DNA of 64,000 bases from the human T2T-CHM13v2.0 reference genome, Homo sapiens, in NCBI RefSeq assembly GCF_009914755.1, contig NC_060942.1. One strand, given 5' to 3'. Below the pieces are notes generated by a model, which did not search any database, was not told the DNA's origin, and was given only the letters and a program-made list of their open reading frames with translations. The translations under genes were made by a program, and so were the position numbers. This document shows positions 26,561 to 40,720 of this stretch, piece after piece. Every line of letters begins with the position of its first letter. Positions within the stretch are counted from its first letter, which is position 1.

Positions 26561-28137
26561 CCTACTATGTACCAAGTACTAAATCTTTGTCATCCTATAT
26601 AAGCATCAGGACACCCTTTTTACAAATGTTACATATCTTCTGTTGTTTTGTTTTGTTTCGTTTCGTACCTATTAAGAACACAGTGGTCATGTGGTCAGTA
26701 AGTGACAGAGCCAGGTTCAAACCCACATATGTATGACCCAAAACCTGTATTCTTTTCACATCCCTCATGGCAGAGCAATGGCAGAGAAATAACTCTCAGG
26801 GATAGATAGATGAGCATAGAAACAAAAATGGAAGTAGAAGTTTCGAAAGTAATAAAGGTAACAACTACCAATGATAGGCATAGCTTTAGGGTGTGTTGTT
26901 TCAGGAACTATGAGGATAATTTGGAGAAGACAGAGTTCTTATCAGAAACCAAACCACCCATGAGTGGAAAACAAATCCTGAACTTTGCTAACCCTGAACA
27001 GAATACAAAGGTACAGAGAAATAAACATAAACACATAAGAAAGGAGACAGAGCATTTATGGAATTAAAACCAGATTGGTAAATAAATAAATAAAACCAGA
27101 TTGGTTTGCAAGAAGGATGTATGCTGTATGCAGAGCTACTCTTAATGGAAGCAAATCAATTCTCTTATTACGTTGTTGGGAGGAAAAGATGAAATGTTCT
27201 CTGAGAACCCTTTGAAGGGGAAAGCTCTATAAAATGTACTGATTCATTAGTTTATTGAAGAGCGCTCTGGATTGAGAATCAGAGAGATGGAGATCTAAGC
27301 CCTCCCGTCCGCTTGGCCTCAAACTTGATGTGTGACCTCGGGTCACCCACTTAAATTTTGTAGTCCTCAATTTCATCAATAGCACAATTCAGAGTTTGAA
27401 CAAAGTGGTCCCCTACAGCTGTAAAATTTTGTCCCAGTTGCTTATATTATTATCCCAGTTACTGCTGCCTGAAAGACACATACATCTAAGGAATCCCTGT
27501 GCCCCTGGATTCCAGGGTGATTGAGAGCCAGTGCCGAGGTTTGTTCCCTCAGCATTGTTCCAAGCAAGTTCTAAATTTGCACATTGTACAGAATCATGAG
27601 CGAGCACACACACACACACAGAGAAAGACAGATGGCAACAAACAAACTTGCTAACCTTTAAAAAGACTCCAGTCTGGCTACCCCAGCAGTCTAGTGGCAA
27701 GGATCTGTGCCCAGAGGAGCAGAGACAAGTGAAGAACTCCCAGGCTGCAGGGCTCAGGTGCTGAACATGCAGCAAGCTTTGCCCCCTGCCTGGAAAAGAG
27801 CAGCCTTGTTCCTCCATAGCAACTGCCTCAGCTCACTGGGGTCTGTGAGCAACAGGAGCCTGAAGGAAGACCCCGTTTTCTCTTGTTCCAGGATTATTAG
27901 GGGCCAAGGAGCTTCTGTGAAAATTTGGAAGAGAAAGGAATCCCAAATAAGAATTTGAAACAGACTTATTTTATTTGTTTTGTGGAGTCCCAGTCTGTTG
28001 ATGGGTTTTCGTGGTGTCTATATAGTCGGGTGATTGCTAAGTAAAGAGGTCAGAAATCATGCCCCTAAATAAAGCATCTTCCTCTGCAGGATGGGGTCCT
28101 TGAGGGTCTGTTCATTTCTGTTGAGCAAAATCTTCTA

Positions 28138-28485
<348 letters not shown>

Positions 28486-28513
28486 AATTCTACAACAAGA
28501 TGGACTGGGTATG

Positions 28514-29305
<792 letters not shown>

Positions 29306-29324
29306 CTATTTATTTTTCAGTTTA

Positions 29325-29530
29325 CCAAATTCTAGCTGTGTGACCTCTGGACAAGTTCCCTAACTTTTCTAAGGGGTCAGAGCCTCATCTGTAAAATGGA
29401 AACAATGATAGTACCTGCCTTATAAAGTTGTTATGGAAATGAAATAATAAATTTAGCTAACTGATTTAATAATTAAGTTCACTAAACATGGTATTGGCAC
29501 ATCGTAACAGCTTATGTATATGTTTGTAAT
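29325..29530 (+). mobile_element. MIR relic
   Basis: CTAGCTGTGTGACCTCTGGACAAGTT...CTCATCTGTAAAATGG...ATAGTACCTGCCT. Confidence 0.7.
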
Positions 29531-32500
29531 GGTGACAGTGGTAATGATGAGTTTACATTGTTTCCTTTCAAAAATCGTCAATAATGATAAATCTTCACTT
29601 TTTAAACCAAGAAGGCATTTGAAGTATATTGAATTCAGGCTGAATTACATTGTTTTAAAACAAAACCATGAACTGACTTTTATATAGTAAGATTGGGTAT
29701 GAAAGTGTGAAGGCATTTGAAAAGCCCACGGTGCCAATAAATACAGATCAAAATGGCCTATAACCAAATATATAATTTTTAAAAGAGGCAGTTATACTAG
29801 GGAAATTTGTTCTCATGAGTGGTTTTCCCATGTGCTACTCCTGCTTCTGAATTTACAAAAAGGCAGGTCTGCATCTCCTAGGCCAACAGTTACAGAGAGC
29901 AAAGCCTGACCTCGGGAGAAGTTTTGCCCACTGTCCACGCCCACCTTCCATATGGATGTCGCTCACCCTCTATACCTGGTGTCCCTAAAGTCCCTAGAGA
30001 AATGCAGAAGCCCAGCAGGTTTAGTTATGGGTGTTAGTGAGAGTGGAAACTGTTTTACTTTAAGTAGTAATGTTTCTTTCTGGTGAAACAGTATTATTTT
30101 AATTTTGGTAAGTTCTTTTCTGATTGTTTCAATAATTGAAAAACCTAGTTATGTGTACATTCATTACCTGGTTTGTACAGGTGCTTTGAAAGGGTAAAAG
30201 GTTGTATCTTCCTTAAGAAGAAATCATTACTCTAACGCTGCAAGAAATACATCCTTTTAGGCTGCTCAGCAGGGAAAATTATCTTCAATAAATTACCTCT
30301 TGAAAACCACCTTTCCTAAACTCCTCTGTTGAGTGTGAGAGGGACTTAACAGGGATGAGAAGAGTGCCACCCTATTTACAGTCCCCAGGCTGACGCTGGA
30401 CAGAAGGCAAAACTCTCATCGATTTTTGACTAAGGACACAAAGTGAGAAATTTGAAGTGCTTCCCAAGCTCAACAATTAAACTATGACCAAATGATCACT
30501 ATTTATTGAGCACTTACTCCATGTTTAGCTCTAAGCTGTGGGCAATATGACTCATGTCTTTTGTGCTTTAAAGAGAAAAATAAATATTGAGCACATACTA
30601 TGTTGTGGTTTAATGTCAATCTTTCCACATATATTGTCGTGTGTAATTCTCTCAACATGACATGAAGTATGTATTATAATTCCCATTTTATAGGTACAAT
30701 TAGAATGCATAATTGTTAGCTCTCCTAAGGCATATTGAGTAGCAGATTCAGGATTTGTCTACGAGTCTTCACTGTTCCAAGCCCTAGATCTTTGCATGAC
30801 TTTATACTGCCCAGTCTTGTAAAGTACCCAAGACTTATGCTTTAAGATAGAAAATATAAAATAAGATGCAATGAAGGGTCAGGCTGTGAAATTCCTCCTG
30901 TTAAATGCAACAGGGTTTGGAGAAAGGAGAGAACTAGATTAGGTACAGGAGGTGGAAAGGTGCATAACATTGATAGAATTGCGTTTTTCTGTCTAATATC
31001 AGGATCAGTCACTTGCTTCCCAAGTCAGCAGGAGGAAAAATAAAGTCTTCTTTTAAAATGCTTGGGATTTTAAGGTAAATCATGGAATAATTTGGAGATC
31101 AGGGCGTGCTTGTTTACATAAATGTTTATCATCTGTATTTTTTAAAATGTCTAGGCCAAAGGGCTTTGATCTGGTTATGTTGAGAGATAAAGGACAATCT
31201 CTATGTTAAAAATTATAACAAAGGTAAGAACACAAGACATGTAGGGAGTCACAGATGAATTTATGTATTTGTTTAATTGATCACTCATTCATTCATGTAT
31301 TGAAACACATATTTCAGAAACTTCTATTATAAATTTTTGTCATTATTTCCTTTGTTTGGGAATATTTTGAAATCTGTATTTCAGATTCGGAGTATTTTGA
31401 AATTGCAAGCCCTATTTCATATTGTTCATTTTTATTTTTTGTTATATTGTTTAAAATGTTCGTTCAACATAAACCATCAGCAAGATGTCTACATGACTCT
31501 GATCTGCTCTGCCAGATATGGAACCCAGGCTCACAGAGGTATTTTCTTAGTAAGGTTTATTTTGAAGAGAAGCCTCAGTCTTCTCTCTTCTTTTTCTCTG
31601 TCAATCCTTCAGGCCCCGTGACCCTCAGAAAAAGCTTCATTTAAATTCCCTAGAATGGTACCATATAAAATCTATAAAAATTTCACAGTTGAAAGATTTA
31701 GTAAAGAAATACTCCACACACAAGAATAAAGGAATTCAAAGGTTTTGAAAAGTTACTTTTTAAGGCCTGTTTGTTATTATTATTGTTACTAGTTTAATGA
31801 CAAAGATCATGGGAAAATTTTCACTCTCTGGAACCAAGCCTAGCAACTAAAATGAGCAATGAGACAGATACAGCTACAGCTCAGTACTGCACAGAGGTTG
31901 AAGAGCAGAGGTGAGGTAGCTGTTGCTAAAGCTGTACCTACTTATACCTCAATCTTATGTAATAATTAATAGATTCCCATACATCACAAGGCAGGGCTGT
32001 CTCCTATTTTTAGATGAGCTTATTAAAATGTAGTTTATTGAGGCTTCACTTCAATGTACAAAATAAAAGCACCTATGTCCTTCTTAGATCTGGCAAGACC
32101 AAGACTTTATCCACTTTATCCATGACTTTATCTACTCTGTTGGTTCATTCATTCATTCTTTCAGCCAACAGATATGCATGGAGCACCTCTGCTAAGCTAG
32201 GGAGTTGTAAGGCATGGAAGACATATTAGCAGGTAAACTCTCCTAGAGGTGGCCAAAGAGTGGATGGAAATAGACACCATCAACAAGATACATTAATATA
32301 AGTAATATAAGCCCTTCAGATAATGGTTACTGCTGCAGAGAAAAATAAAATGAAGGAGATTAGAATGGGACATGATTGGTGGAGAGAGGGTTCTCAAGGA
32401 AAGCTGCGTGGGAAAGATGACATTTCCTCAAGGACCTCTTTGAAGGCAGTGTCCAGGAGGTGTGAGGAGAACGCCAAGCAGGAGCCTGAGATGGACGCAT

Positions 32501-32631
32501 GCTTGAAAAGGTTCATGGGACAGGAAGAAGACCCGCGTGGCTAGAATGGAGTGAGCAAGGGGTCATACCATGGGGCCCTCTAGCTCAGTAGAGGGGAGTA
32601 GGCTTTTCCTCTGAGTGAAATGTAAATGGGC

Positions 32632-33317
32632 TAGGGTTGCCAGGCTTAGCAAACAAAATCCCAGGACACCAGTGAAATTTGAATATCGGATAAGCAATGT
32701 GGTAGGCAGATGAATGGCCCACCAAAATGCGCATGTTCTAATCTCCAGAACCTATTCCTTTATATGGCATGTGTTCCCTTATATGGCAAGTGGGACTTTG
32801 CAGATGTGATTATATTAAGGGGCTAGAAATGAGAATAATATCCTGGATCATCTGGGTGGGCCCAAGGGCATGATACGGGTTCTTAAAATGTGTGACAGAG
32901 AGAGAGAGGCAGAAGAGTGAAGGAGGAGATGTGTTGGTCCAAGCAGAGGTCAGAGTGACTGGATCACTGCCCTTGAAGATGGAGGAAGGTGTTACAAGCT
33001 AAGAAATTCATGCTGTCTTTATAAACTGGAAAGGGCAAGGAAAACAATTTTGTCAACACCTTGATTTTAGTGCAATGAGACACACTTTGGACTTCTTGTC
33101 TGCAGAGATATAAGACAATATATTTGTAGGGTTTTAAGACACTAAGTTTGTGGAAATCTGTTACAGCAGCAATAGTAAAATAATATAAAAAACAAATAAA
33201 TTTTAGTGTAAACATGTCCCATACAACTTTTGAGACATACTCATGCTAAAAAAAATTGCTGATTATTTATGTGAAATTCAAATAACTAGGCATCTCCTAT
33301 TTTACCTGGCAACTCTA
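32632..33317. mobile_element. MER53 palindromic hAT MITE split by an LTR
   Basis: Terminal inverted repeats TAGGGTTGCCAGG ... CCTGGCAACTCTA; arms GAAATTTGAATATCGGATAAGCAA and TTATTTATGTGAAATTCAAAT. Confidence 0.8.
32698..33187 (+). mobile_element. MLT1D-like solo LTR
   Basis: TGTGGTAGGCAGA...GGGACTTTGCAGATGTGATT...TGTTACAGCAGCAATAG..AAATAATATA. Confidence 0.85.
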
Positions 33318-36300
33318 TCACAGAGGTTCAGAAGCTTGACACACTCTGAGTTTCATGGCAAAAGGATCACTTTGGCTGCTGGTTTGAAAACAAGGAAGGA
33401 GGGCAGGGGACGAAGCAGAGAGATCTATCAGGGGGATACCGCAATCATCCAATCATCCAGATGAAACACAGGGGTGGGTTGGATTAGGGTGGCAGTCATG
33501 GAGGAGGTGAGAAGCTGTGGATGCGTCTGCATATCTTCTGATGGGCTCTCTGCGGAAAATTGCACTGAGGGAAGTGTTTTCACATTGTTACTCCCTTTTG
33601 CCCTGCAGCCTTCTATTTCCTAGTATGTGAAATTCAGTCTTGCACCTAAAACATGTATCTCCAGTTACTGAAGCCCAAAAAGAGGAGAGCATCCTGGACA
33701 CAGAAAACAGAACTAACCCATGGTACTTTCATGTGTGCAGGGGGTGGACCATTATTTTCATTCTTTTTCTCTTGTCTCCCGACCCCAACCCCAAGCTTGT
33801 GAACCATTAGGGAATGAACACCTGGAGCCCTTATTAATCTGTGAATGTTATTCATCTGTCTAATAAGCAAAACTTTTTTTAAATTCCAAAAGACAGTATT
33901 TCTGTTTATAAGGGGTTTCCTTGGTAGAACTACCTCCCCATTACATGTTAGTGTAATCTACAGCAAAACTTGCTGGCTTTGTCAGATTGTCTGAAGAGCA
34001 TCCTTCTCTCCTCTGTTCTCTCCTTGAGGATCTTTTTTTTCTGACTTTTCCGAAGGCTTAGGAGCCTGAGTGGCCAAAGAGCTAGAATAAGAATTATTTC
34101 ATGTTGCCTGCAATTGTTCTCCTGGTGCATTTCACTGGGAGAGTACACTGCATTTTTATTTGCCTCTGCTTTTCATTTCACTCATGCAACTAGACTGTTG
34201 GTGACCTCTGTCACCAAGATCCTACTATCCAGGGAAGAGGTGAAGAATCATACGAATGAATTCACTGGGTGGGCTGGGTGAGCACACACAGGTTTCCAGA
34301 CATCAACTTTATCAAGGTCTATAGATCTTCCCATTTGAAGAGGACAATGGGCTCAGATGCAGGTTTTGAAATAGACAAGTGAAGGTTGAGTCTAATCTTG
34401 GTCTATTTTGTGGACAGAGAAAATGAAGAGACAGTGACTACAATAGGCATTGAAGTGATTCACATATTTTCCCAATCTATTCCACAAATATTTACAAACT
34501 GCCTACTTTGTATAAAGCATTATACCAGTTGTTTAAGAGGTGACTGAGTCATGATCCCATCAGTTTTATACAGAAAGCTTGCAAATTACTAGAATAATCC
34601 CTCTATACATACGTGTCTTCATCCTAATCCCTGTTCTCATCTTTAATACTTTTCTCTTATTTATTTTTCTGGAAGATCTGTCAGCAGACCTACAAGTCAT
34701 GACCCCACTCAGGGCATCCATACAAGAGTATTCCTGTGATACATTCTGAAAGGTGTGCCTAAATCAAACAGATTCTCCAATCCAACAAGATTTTCTTACC
34801 AGTCAAGTCGGCAACTATAGGACATTTGTAAGGTACCCAAAGCTTGGGTACAAATAAAAGGAGGATAGGCAATTTTTTCCCCTTTAGGGACTTGTATTAT
34901 ACCAGAGAGAACAGAATGATCAATAGAATGCAATCACTGGAAATGCACACAGGCAAACACGTTAATTCCAGTCACTGGAAATGGAAAATGAATGGAAGAG
35001 AGGTCAGTGCTACGTGGGGAAACAGGAGAGAGGTTGGAAATGGAGATAAGATGCCTTGTTTTCTGGGGCCAAGCAGCACCCTTCAGATGTTCAGCCAAAG
35101 AACTTACTTGGACATCTCCCTGACCGTGAGTTGTTGAGTTGGTTGGACCTTCATTTGCATTGCTGCCTAGGAGAGGTTATGTCTGAAATAAACTAGTGGT
35201 CTCTGGGAAGTCTCATTGTGTGTGCTGATCTTCCCTGGGAGTGCTCTTGACAGTATCCATTCACAAGTAACACCCCCACAGGTCACATAACAAACCCAGT
35301 CACAAGTCATGAATTTTGGCTTTCTGATACAACCCCGGTGCTAACATTTCATGTCTAGCCATTTACTTAAAACCCTGAAAAGGGCTCGAATCATCACAGC
35401 ACTTAACCATGTATTTTTTTGAAAAAGGGTTCCCTCCCCAGGTCTGTGCAGTGTCACACATTAGCACTCTGCTTTCTTGATTGCCTTTCTTTCTCAAAGT
35501 ATGGGTAAAGAATGTGCCAGAGGCTGCAACACTGGGGAGTTTCACATCCTCTGTAAAATGATCGAGAGTAAGCAAGTGGAGAGCTTGAATTGGGGCTTCC
35601 CAAGCTATCCAGGCAGGCTTGCCTCTTGTGCTCCCTTCTCACCCCTTCTCTAGGGCACCCCACTCGCTCTAACATCCCGTGAAGCCATCAAATGTGGACC
35701 AGATGCAGAAAAGCATCCTTACCGACCTCCTAGCTTTACCTAAAAAATTACACCCACATATGATTCTCCTTCGCTCCAGCCCCTGCTTCAGTCATCTTGC
35801 AAGTCATGAAGTGATGGTTTAGGCCAGAGCCTGATGTCTTCCATCGCTTCATTTCCTGACTCCTTCAAAGCCTTGCACCTGTGTTCTGTCCACACAGGAG
35901 GTTTAAATTAATAGCAGCCTCACAGAGGATGGGTTGGCCTCCCGGGATTTTTAATGAATTTTTAAATTGTAAGGCTTTAAATCGTAACATACTTTCTTCG
36001 AAATGGTCTGTTCTCCGGCACATCTGAAAATGCTAAATGGAAAGCAACAGTTTTTATCTGTGTTCCGTTTTTAAAGAAAACAGAGGATGTGACTTAAATG
36101 CTTGAGTATTTGGAGTTGGACATTCGAGAAAAAGGTAAGAGGTTTCTTTCCTAGGAATTCTTAGAGAGTGGCTCATTTCTAAATGACTCAAACCTAGACA
36201 GATTTCGTGGCTGTATCAGAGAAACAAAACACCCAAGTATGTAATGAACATTTATAATAATATGGCTCTGTAACAACAGATTTACTTTTATAAAAATCAC

Positions 36301-37955
36301 TGTTACACATAAAAGTCTGGAAATGAAAAAACCATGTGAAAGGTTGTGTTTTGTGGACCACCCAGTTCAATATGCTACACTCTTGTGGGCTTTTTTTTTT
36401 TCCTTCTTCAATAGACATTTATTGGGCATCTTTATGTGCTAGGTGTGGGGATTCAAAGATCAATAAGAAGCAGCCTCTGCTTTTATGGTATGTATAGCAA
36501 GGGTTACATTTGCCTCTTATAACAGGAAAGCTGCAAAAGCCTCAGGAATCTCCTCTGAACTCTGCATGTTACAGATGGGGAGATCAAGACTGAGAAAACG
36601 TAAGACACAGATAAGCACACAAAGGTCCAAATTTTCAGCCTCCTATATTCTGATTTGGATATTTCTAGAAAGCCCAATTATGCTCACCAAAGACATGAGT
36701 GGGTAAAGTGGAAAAAGCACAGAGAGGAATGAGGAGCCCCAGTGTTCACCCACTTTGGCCACGAATCTGGTGCATGCAAGGAACCCAGTCAGTCTTTCCT
36801 CCCCAGTGATAAAGATTCCCTACAGGGTTTTTGGAGATGGTCAGCTAGGCCTTTCCCCTGGAAATGCTGACTTAGTAGTTCTGGATTGAAGCCTAGACCT
36901 CCAGTGAGGCTTATCTTTAAGGAGCTTGCAGAAACACTGAAGCAGATAAGCTCTAACCTTCTCGCTATAAGAATATTTTAAAATAAAGCAAAATCAAAGA
37001 AGATGTGGCAAGACAAATATTTGTGTACAGCAAGGTTCTTGCTTCTAAAGCATGAAAGCTTTTACCAAGCTCTGTTTCTATGATCAATATACTTTGCCTG
37101 CTGATGTGCTCAGCTTCCTCTGGTCTTCTGAGGAAAACCATTCACAATCACCTACATGAAGGACTCCTAAAATGCAGAGAAACTTCCAGGTACCGGCAGA
37201 CCACAGCTTATTATAGAATGATGTTACTCCATGTAAACATGTGTCCATATGGGCATGTGGAAGAAACATATTTATATGTCTACATCTCAGTAGAGAGACA
37301 GATATATTCCACCAAATTCTGGAAATTTCACCTGGCATACTAAATAGGCTTTTAGGAATTTTGTTGTCATTGTCATTGAACCTAAAAAAGTAAAAATTGT
37401 ACTCACATCTTCTACTTACTTTCTAAGGTGAATGGTTAGTGTTTGTATACATTATTTTAATACATCTAATGTGCCTAACAAAAATGGGTAGAAACCGTCA
37501 GTTAAAAGACGTTGGATTGAAATTAGAAATGTCAACATAGGGACAAATTTGTGAACACATCTAGTTAACAGGCTTTGGACTAACTGATTCTTTTGCATTT
37601 TGCCAATGTAGAAATCACAGATTGAGGGTTTTGCTCTGTGCTCCGGTCTCAGCACTCCCTCCATGAGAAAGTCAGAGGCATGCACACACCAGATGGGGTA
37701 CATTTGATCATCATGCTAGAACAATTTGTAAGCAATTAAAAGAATTTTGTTCTGTTTTGTATTCTCTTCCATTTCTTTGAGTTGCAGAATTAAAGACATC
37801 GATTTCAGATATGAAAGAAGAACTGACTGATGATGTTATTCTGGAAGTGTTTAGGCCTGAAATATCTGACAAAGCCAGGTGATGGCTAAACAGGACAACC
37901 AGAGAGACAAGAGACTCGAATAATTCAAGCAAAATCAAATTCTTAATGCCTAAGA

Positions 37956-37956
<1 letters not shown>

Positions 37957-38004
<48 letters not shown>

Positions 38005-38005
38005 T
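37957..38005. repeat. (TG)n microsatellite, ~20 pure units plus interrupted extension
   Basis: Direct reading. Confidence 0.97.
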
Positions 38006-38527
38006 ATACTTAGTTCTTCTGAATTTCTTATCTAGTTTATATGGATCTAATTGTTTATTCTCCCAACAGATAATCATTGACCTCATCCTCTATGCTAAGG
38101 CACAATGCCAGACGGTGTTGGGATCCCGAGAAGATGGAATAAAGAGGTAGTGCCTGCTCGTAAAGAGGTAGCACTCTATTCATTACTTACATTTTCTCAT
38201 CTGTAAAATGGGCATGGGAATGAAAGAGAGGTGGAATGAGCAAAAATCAGGGAACAGCTCTACTCCCAGTGTGGCCACTCTCTAATTGTGTAAACTGGCC
38301 CTCAGTTTTCATCTTTAAAATAGATAAAGTTTCCCTTTCAACATCAAGAGTCAGTGATCCCATGCAATACAGAGGATTTTGTGAAGAACAGTTTAAGGAT
38401 CTCAAAGATACAGGAAAATATGGTCAATGTCATTACTTTCTTGGGACAACTTTACACTGTCACTTTGCCTGGGCAGAATGGGATATTTTGGGTTGTTAGA
38501 GATGGGCTTTTTTTTTTCTTTGCTTTG

Positions 38528-38694
38528 CTTCTCCTTCCTTCCTCTCTTCCTCCCTTCCTTCCTTCCTTCTTTCCCTCCCTCCTTCCTTCCTTCCTTCTTT
38601 CCTTCCTTCCCTCTTTCCTTCCTTCTTCCTTTCTTTCTCCTTCTCCTTCTTTCTATTTTTTCTTCCCTTCCTTTTTCCTTTCACTCTTTTTTTT
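38528..38694. repeat. (CCTT/TTCC)n polypyrimidine low-complexity tract
   Basis: About 165 bp of almost pure C/T. Confidence 0.95.
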
Positions 38695-39317
38695 GAAAGG
38701 AAATGGAAGAAAATTTATCCTTGTCTTATCTAATTGTTTCTGAAGAAGTTCTCTGGCTCCTTGTTCTGGTGATTATGGTTGTTACACTGCAAGTTCCCTA
38801 TTAATCTCTGGACAGGTAACAGTGCTGAGGGAAGACTAGCCTCCAGAAGCCAATTTTACAATTTAAACCCCAAGCAGAAGTGTTAGATTTAAAATTCTGA
38901 GCCCAGCACAAACCTCTTCATTTTCAAGTTCATTTACCCTTGGCAACATGCAACCTCCTGTTACTAAGAGGGGAAAAAAAAGCTTTAAAAGGCTCATTTA
39001 AAAGGCTGAGGAGCCTTTTGGGATCTCCACAAGCTCTTTAAAAACATATTTTGATGATACAAGTGTAAACAAATCAAAAGCATATGGATTGAATTTCCCT
39101 TAAATTACACAGGATTTTAAAAATGATGGGAGGGTGGAAATGTGTTTGGAAAAATATGTTTTTGGTTTTACTGACTCAGAAACATGCGAATGAGCTGAAG
39201 CTTTGACAGACCCGAAATGACGGCAGGTTTGTCCATCATCTGTCTTTGGGGTTCTTTAGTTTTTCACAAGGCTTCTCTGGTTTTGTACCCAGGGAATAGA
39301 TATTTCTGTTAGTGCAG

Positions 39318-39318
39318 C

Positions 39319-39353
<35 letters not shown>

Positions 39354-39432
39354 ACACGGTGGGGGAGAGAGAGAAGGAGAGAGAGAGGAGAGGGGAGAGG
39401 GGAGAGGGGAGAGGGGAGAGAGGAGAGGGAGA
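39318..39432. repeat. (CA)n followed by a GA-rich (GGGGAGA)n tract
   Basis: Direct reading. Confidence 0.95.
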
Positions 39433-40557
39433 CCAAAACCACACATGGTGAATTCTACTTTTCCCTTGAGCTAAAGAGCCCTATTTCGTGGTATTTGGCA
39501 ATGTGGGCTCTTCTTGTACCAGTCAAAAGGATTAGTGTTCATTTTATAAAACATAAGTCTCTATAGGGCTGCACAACCTGGACCCAGGTGCTAATGTCAG
39601 CATCTAGGCTGACTTTCTGCAGCCTGCAAGCTGGTGTCACCCCAAAGCCTTTGCCTGAGGTTCCTCAAAGTCCTCTGGAGAGTCATGTTGTCATCATTAC
39701 ACTCCCTTTATCTTCCAACCACAACCCATGTCTAGCCGGAATGATGAGGGTCAATAACCCAGGCCACTGCCTCTGAAGAGTTGCTAATGTCGGGATTTCA
39801 GAATGAGGGGACAAGGGCCAAGAATAAGCAGACAGAGAGAAGGGTGGTGGTGTCTTTATGAACACCAAAGCTTCATCCACAAAGCAAAATGTTGGGACCT
39901 GTGATTTAGATGCATCTATCCAGTCCTGAAGGAAAATGTGTTAAAATTCTAGACACTTGCTCTTTTCTTTTTTGCATGTATATAATCCAAGAGTTGCAAC
40001 AATCCCAGAGAACTCCCGGACGATTCCTGGAGATGCAAGGTGGGCTTGGAGGACCAGGATCCTCTGAAGATGCTTTCAGCCATCCAGTTCAAGGTCAAGT
40101 GAGCCATCAGAATTACTTAGAGACAAAAAGAGCTCTGTGTTTCCATCTTTGCAGAACTAGCTAAGAAAAATAGATCAGGCTGCTCTGAAGAACCTTCAGT
40201 TTGGAAAGTTTAGTTGAAAATGTGTGATCCCATGAGAGCTCAACTTACCTAAGGTAAAAAGAAACTTCGCATCATTTTTCTTTTTGAGAAAAAATATCTA
40301 CAAATGTGCCTCTCTTTTGACACACATTCACCTAGAGGAGTTCACATTAACCACCCTCTCCTCCTTTACTTTTTGCTTCAGAGGAGTGATGTGAGAATTT
40401 ACTTTGGAAAAATAAAAGGCTCTTCAGTAAAAATAGCTGCTACTCCATTTGTGCCTCTAGTCCTACAGACTCTGCTCCCTTGCTACAATGGTGAATGTCT
40501 AACTGGAGCATAATTTTAACAGCACAATTTGCATTGCCTCGGCAGCTGTCTGCCACA

Positions 40558-40720
40558 CCAACTCTATGAAATCCACCCACGGTGTTTGACTCAATTACCT
40601 CCTGCAGCTGCGAATTCCACAGGTTGACCACACTCTGCATGGAAAAGTATTTCTTTGTATTCGTTCCAAATTTATTAGCCATTTGAACCATTCCTTTGAG
40701 TGACTTGTATATTTTTAAGT
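40558..40720 (-). mobile_element. Ancient CR1/L3-type LINE ORF2 C-terminal fragment
   Basis: Minus-strand translation KIYKSLKGM...KFGTNTKKYFSMQSVVNLWNSQLQEVIESNTVGGFHR resembles the CR1-clade ORF2 C-terminus (YK.L.G...FF.QRVVN.WN.LP.EVV). Confidence 0.65.

Larger units (their letters stand above)
32140..33530 (-). mobile_element. L2 relic hosting nested MER53 and MLT1D
   Basis: TTCATTCATTCATTC tail at ~32143; L2-like GGCTAGAATGGAGTGAGCAAGGG and AAAGGATCACTTTGGCTGCTG on either side of the nested elements. Confidence 0.65.

Noticed and set aside
37822-37856. LTDDVILEVFR as an F-box-like motif
   Set aside because: Lacks the conserved LP and the downstream F-box residues; too short to exceed chance.
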